A stretch of 63,800 nt of DNA, counting the filler, from Choristocarpus tenellus KU-1152 (lineage: Eukaryota > Protista > Phaeophyceae), in NCBI GenBank assembly GCA_964200185.2. It is 13 parts of 13 records of this genome, joined end to end, with 100 filler letters (N's around TTAATTAATTAA, not from the genome) between each part and the next. Parts side by side here need not be neighbours in the genome. Positions count along the whole stretch, not along the records: positions 59,424 to 63,800 come from CAXNAD020014834.1; 12 more parts are not named here. One strand, 5' to 3'. A program made the translations under genes and the position numbers. This document shows positions 59,969 to 63,800 of the stretch, one piece after another (within the stretch, counting starts at the first letter, position 1; the number at the start of each line of letters is the position of its first letter). The notes below the pieces were generated by a model, which saw only the letters and a program-made list of their open reading frames with translations, was not told the DNA's origin and made no database searches.

Positions 59969-60226
59969 GAGTGAAAGTATCTTAGAGGGTAAGGTCACGT
60001 CAGGTTGGGGGCCAAAGTCCAATGTTGCGACTTTGATGCAATTTTGACTATCGTGTTTGTTAGGAAGTGTCAATATCCTTGTTTCGGACACACCTTTTCA
60101 TAACGTATACATTTTACCTACTCCGGAACATCTTGGAGTAGGTAAAATGTCATTAAAACCCGTGGGAAGTCAAGCCCCAACGGGACAAACAGGGAAAAAC
60201 TCGTACCCTCTAAGATACTTTCACTT
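59969..60226. mobile_element. MITE family B, full copy
   Basis: GAGTGAAAGTATCTTAGAGGGTA / TACCCTCTAAGATACTTTCAC terminal inverted repeat. Confidence 0.85.
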
Positions 60227-62156
60227 GAACTTCAAATCAACTGTATCTATTTTATAGATCAGACTGTCACCCAAATGCTATGTCACCTTTTCCTGCGTTT
60301 AAAAAAAAATCAAATTGGTATACGGTAGCTCAAAGTGGGTGATACTTTTTGGAGTTTAGAGTTGAGTTGAAAGGCAGAATCAACAGAAATTCGTACTTCT
60401 GTGTGAAGTAACAGCATGGAGTGTTAGGAGAAATAAGCGATGCGAAGAGAATCAGTTGAGCCAATGGAACAATCTACTTGGATTATTGAGCCAACCAGAT
60501 GCGTTTGTCCATTGAAGTCTTCCCTACCTTTTCAATCTCTCCTTGATAACAAGGGGTAGGTACAACAAAATCGAGTGCTGAGCACAGATTCAATGCGTGA
60601 AGAATGTTTCAAAGCCAAGATAACTCTGGTCACTTTCGATGCATGGGGCGAGATCAGGCAGGAGAAAAGGGGTCAGTGGTGTGATTGGCACAAGGGATAG
60701 CGTCAGGGATACACTTCTCTAGTCACAGTGATAATTCAGTACGATAACCCAAGGGTGAGGAGGGTTCTGCTCCATGGTTAACCGTGCCTGCTGCAATTTA
60801 CAGATTTCCCCAGCGAGAAGTTGATCTTCCAGTCCGGAAATGTTGATAAATATTGTTGTCACATCTCTCAGCTCCGCAAGATATTCCACTGTGTTGCTCT
60901 CGATTGCTTGCCTGTGGGAATTGGACAGAGGGAACGCAGAAATTAATCTCGGACGTCCAAGTATCAAGCTCAACTTTAGAGTTATTCTTGGCTTTGTTCT
61001 AGGTTTGGTTCAGAATCATTCCGATAGACTCATTCCCAGATTTGTATAGGACAAGGGCAAGCAGAGTATCCAGTGAACCTTGGCGCTTGAGATGTTGCGG
61101 ACAGCGAGTTAACATATCGATGATTTCTCATAGGGTTAGGTTTAGGGTTAAGACCTGAACCTAACCCTATACTCATTGAGGGGGGTGGGGAAGCAGACTA
61201 TCTCTTACAGAGTCCGGAGTACTGACATATTTCTCCTGTCTCTATGACACCACTAATGCAAATACTTGGTAGGAGAGATCGTGAACTTAGTCCTTCTGTA
61301 AGGGGTGAAATGTGTGCAGGAATTTGACTAAGACAAAGACAACCTGGCCACTATGGTGAAACTTCCAAGGACAAGGCAGCAGTCCCTCGCTTGCCTGATG
61401 CAAGAGTTGCAGTTGATTGTTCTAAATATATTTCTAGAATGGTGAAAGGCATACTGTCCACAGGTTAGTCACAGGAGACAAGACCCAGCGACGATTTCCT
61501 TGTGCCCAGTCGGTGGCATCATCCCCAAAACATTCTCACAGTTGTACAGTTGAGCGTGCTTGTTGAATTTGGCAAATGCATTTCTTCTGACAAAATTTGT
61601 AGAATGACTGTGATTTATCATAGTACACACATGCACAAGCCAAAATCAATGTGGTAACCCGATTGCATTGATCAAAACAAATTTAGTAGCCTCAAGTCCA
61701 GACTGTGCACCTGGCACTTTCTTGTGTGTAGCCCCGAAGTGCCTCACTTAGAGTCATCATCTTCTCACTTACTATCCCACTGTATTGGTCCTGCAAATGA
61801 AGGACAAAGCAGTCAGTCGCAGGATGTTTCAACCTATACACACTTTGATTTTGCTCACTATTTTGGGCAATAATTTACTGTCTTAAATTGACAGCAGAAA
61901 GGTTGAACACCTCGAAAAATTCGTCAATCTGTGTACCACCATGTACCAAAGTAGGATTGCACTGCAACCAAACGTAAGGATATGGAGCCTTCATGAATCT
62001 ACTGACCTGTAACCAGTCGAATTCAACCGACCTAGGGTCAGGGCTCTAAGGTGTGTAAGAAACATGTGATAGCAAAATAGACACAGTCTAATTTTCGTCA
62101 CAACAAGCCTAACTGATGAATATTATATTTTTTTTAAAACACCTGGTTCCTCTTAC

Positions 62157-62291
62157 ACACACAGCAAGATATTCCTGGCTTCCAAAGGTCCAGCTATAAA
62201 CAAACTTGGTGTAAAGAGGTTCTCCTTGATAAAGGAAAGCGCCCATTACGAGTCCGTTTTTGACGTTTGTTTCCGTTGTCAAGAGTCCCAC
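62157..62291 (-). CDS. Candidate orphan exon
   Basis: CACAG acceptor, 45 open codons VGLLTTETNVKNGLVMGAFLYQGEPLYTKFVYSWTFGSQEYLAVC, GTAAGA donor. Confidence 0.3.
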
Positions 62292-63800
62292 CTGTGGAGT
62301 GCGCCCTAGCACTCTGGAGTTCGTAAGGGATGAAAATCACAAGAAGACCTACTGTAACATAGCATGAGGGACTAGTTCATACATACACCCCTTCACACCT
62401 TAATGTATGCACCCAGATACCTCCCTGCCTCCTCATTCATTGGAATATCGGCAACTGGCTGCAGGGGTTCATTCCGAAAACTGATTAGTGGCAGAAGCTT
62501 TAGAAGTTGCCGTGGAGCCAGGGCATGAGTGGAGAGGTATTAACAGAGCAGTGTGTACATGAGAAGAAGAACAAATGAAGGGATGAGGATTAGTGAGGAA
62601 GCAGGAGTAAAGAGTGTCGAGTTGGCTCTAAGGAAGGGAGCAAACACACTGAAATTATTTCTCGTTTCATACTCTGGGCCAACCCTGTGAGATGGTGCTC
62701 AATTTAACAGTTGTCTTTTGGTTTAAAGTACTATGTGTGACATGCCTACATCATATTCCGAAGGTCATAAATAAGTATCTCAATAGTATCAAAGACTGAT
62801 TTGAGCTTAACATCATTTCTTTGAGGTAATCTATGGAGTGTGGGTGCCCGTTCCTACCCTTGACTTGACTTGCTGACAATTTTTTCTACTACACTTTTCT
62901 CTCTGTCAATGATTCCCATTCAGGGGAATACTATACGTTAACATGGGACGCAAGTACTGTGCTGCTTAAGGCATAGGAATGGGGCTGAGGTTAGAAGTAT
63001 TTACGTCTTAAGGAAGTTCTGTTCCCCTCTCGATTTTTTTGAGTCCGCCCTACTCCATTCCAAGAGGGTGCCTGCCTGGCCTCATATATATTGAGCATGC
63101 AGCATGCCAATTTCAACTCTTAGGTTACGAAGGCATGGTGAAAGACAAGAACGGAAATCTCTGATTGGCTGGAAATTTTTCTTCATATTCTTTCGAAATA
63201 CAGGGATGGGGGTGCTCCACAAGAACATACAACCCGCCTTTGTCAACAAAGGAAAATGTGTTGTCAGAGATGTATGTTCACCCTGCTACCACTTGTAAAA
63301 TAGTGATAGCAGGGTCGGTACAGGACGAAACATTAGACATGAGCGTCTGCAGGAGTCTTTCGATACTTTGTACGTTACCATTGACAACCTACCACAACAT
63401 CCCGACTTTTCCAGAGAGAGCAGGATGGTGTCTTCTTGAAGAATAAAATTCGTGGAAAATAAAATATGTGAACAAAATGTGTCGTTCGGGTTCAGGACAG
63501 TTCAAACCTCAGCGGATTTTGAATTGTCAGGAGAAGTTGGATGGCTCTGTCCTTGATCATAGAAGAACATCTCAGTTAAGGTAGACTGACGACATGTTCC
63601 CTGGTGTTTCAATTTTGGTGGGAGTTGAGGTTTGATTAAGTTGCCTTTGGTGTGTGAGTACAAGAGCCTGTGTAGAGTTGAGTACTCTGTAGTTTTTCTT
63701 CTGCAATCTGTGATTCTGTATGTTCTCTACAAACAGAGGAAGGCGTTTGAATCAAATTCGTAACAGGTATGAGGCTCAAATTATCTGTGGGGGGGGGGGG

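Noticed and set aside
105-63446. Most 60-150 aa ORFs in the supplied track
   Set aside because: Antisense shadows, intron or repeat translations, or non-ATG starts, with no recognisable motifs.
1-63800. Functional cluster linking LONRF, RPC8, the P1B ATPase, the BAR gene and the large ORFs
   Set aside because: Each lies on a separate contig joined by artificial spacers; adjacency is not evidence of linkage.

Overview
This is eukaryotic, intron-rich, repeat-laden DNA. It is not one locus: 13 short contigs are joined by 12 identical artificial 100-nt spacers (44 N + TTAATTAATTAA + 44 N), so neighbourhood across spacers has no meaning. Short GT-AG exons, long repeat-filled introns, interstitial TTAGGG tracts and the protein sequences suggest a stramenopile, probably a brown alga (inference). 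Most short ORFs in the supplied track are spurious. Hand-splicing gives four recognisable partial genes: a RING + LON-N E3 ligase (LONRF-like), RNA polymerase III subunit RPC8/C25, a P1B heavy-metal ATPase and a BAR-domain (ACAP/AGD ArfGAP-like) gene. It also gives one probable ~1240-aa two-exon uncharacterised protein and some orphan exons. The rest is mobile DNA: a decayed Ty1/copia with an LTR pair, Ty3/gypsy remnants, a non-LTR family with a restriction-like endonuclease end and 3' stem-loop, two MITE families sharing one terminal motif, a TA-flanked TIR element and hAT/LINE fragments. I found no well-supported multi-gene novel system. The best leads are a 90-nt near-perfect hairpin inside the copia element, a twin-priming-like inverted retrocopy, the paired MITE families and a decayed spliced gene with a possible ParB-like motif.
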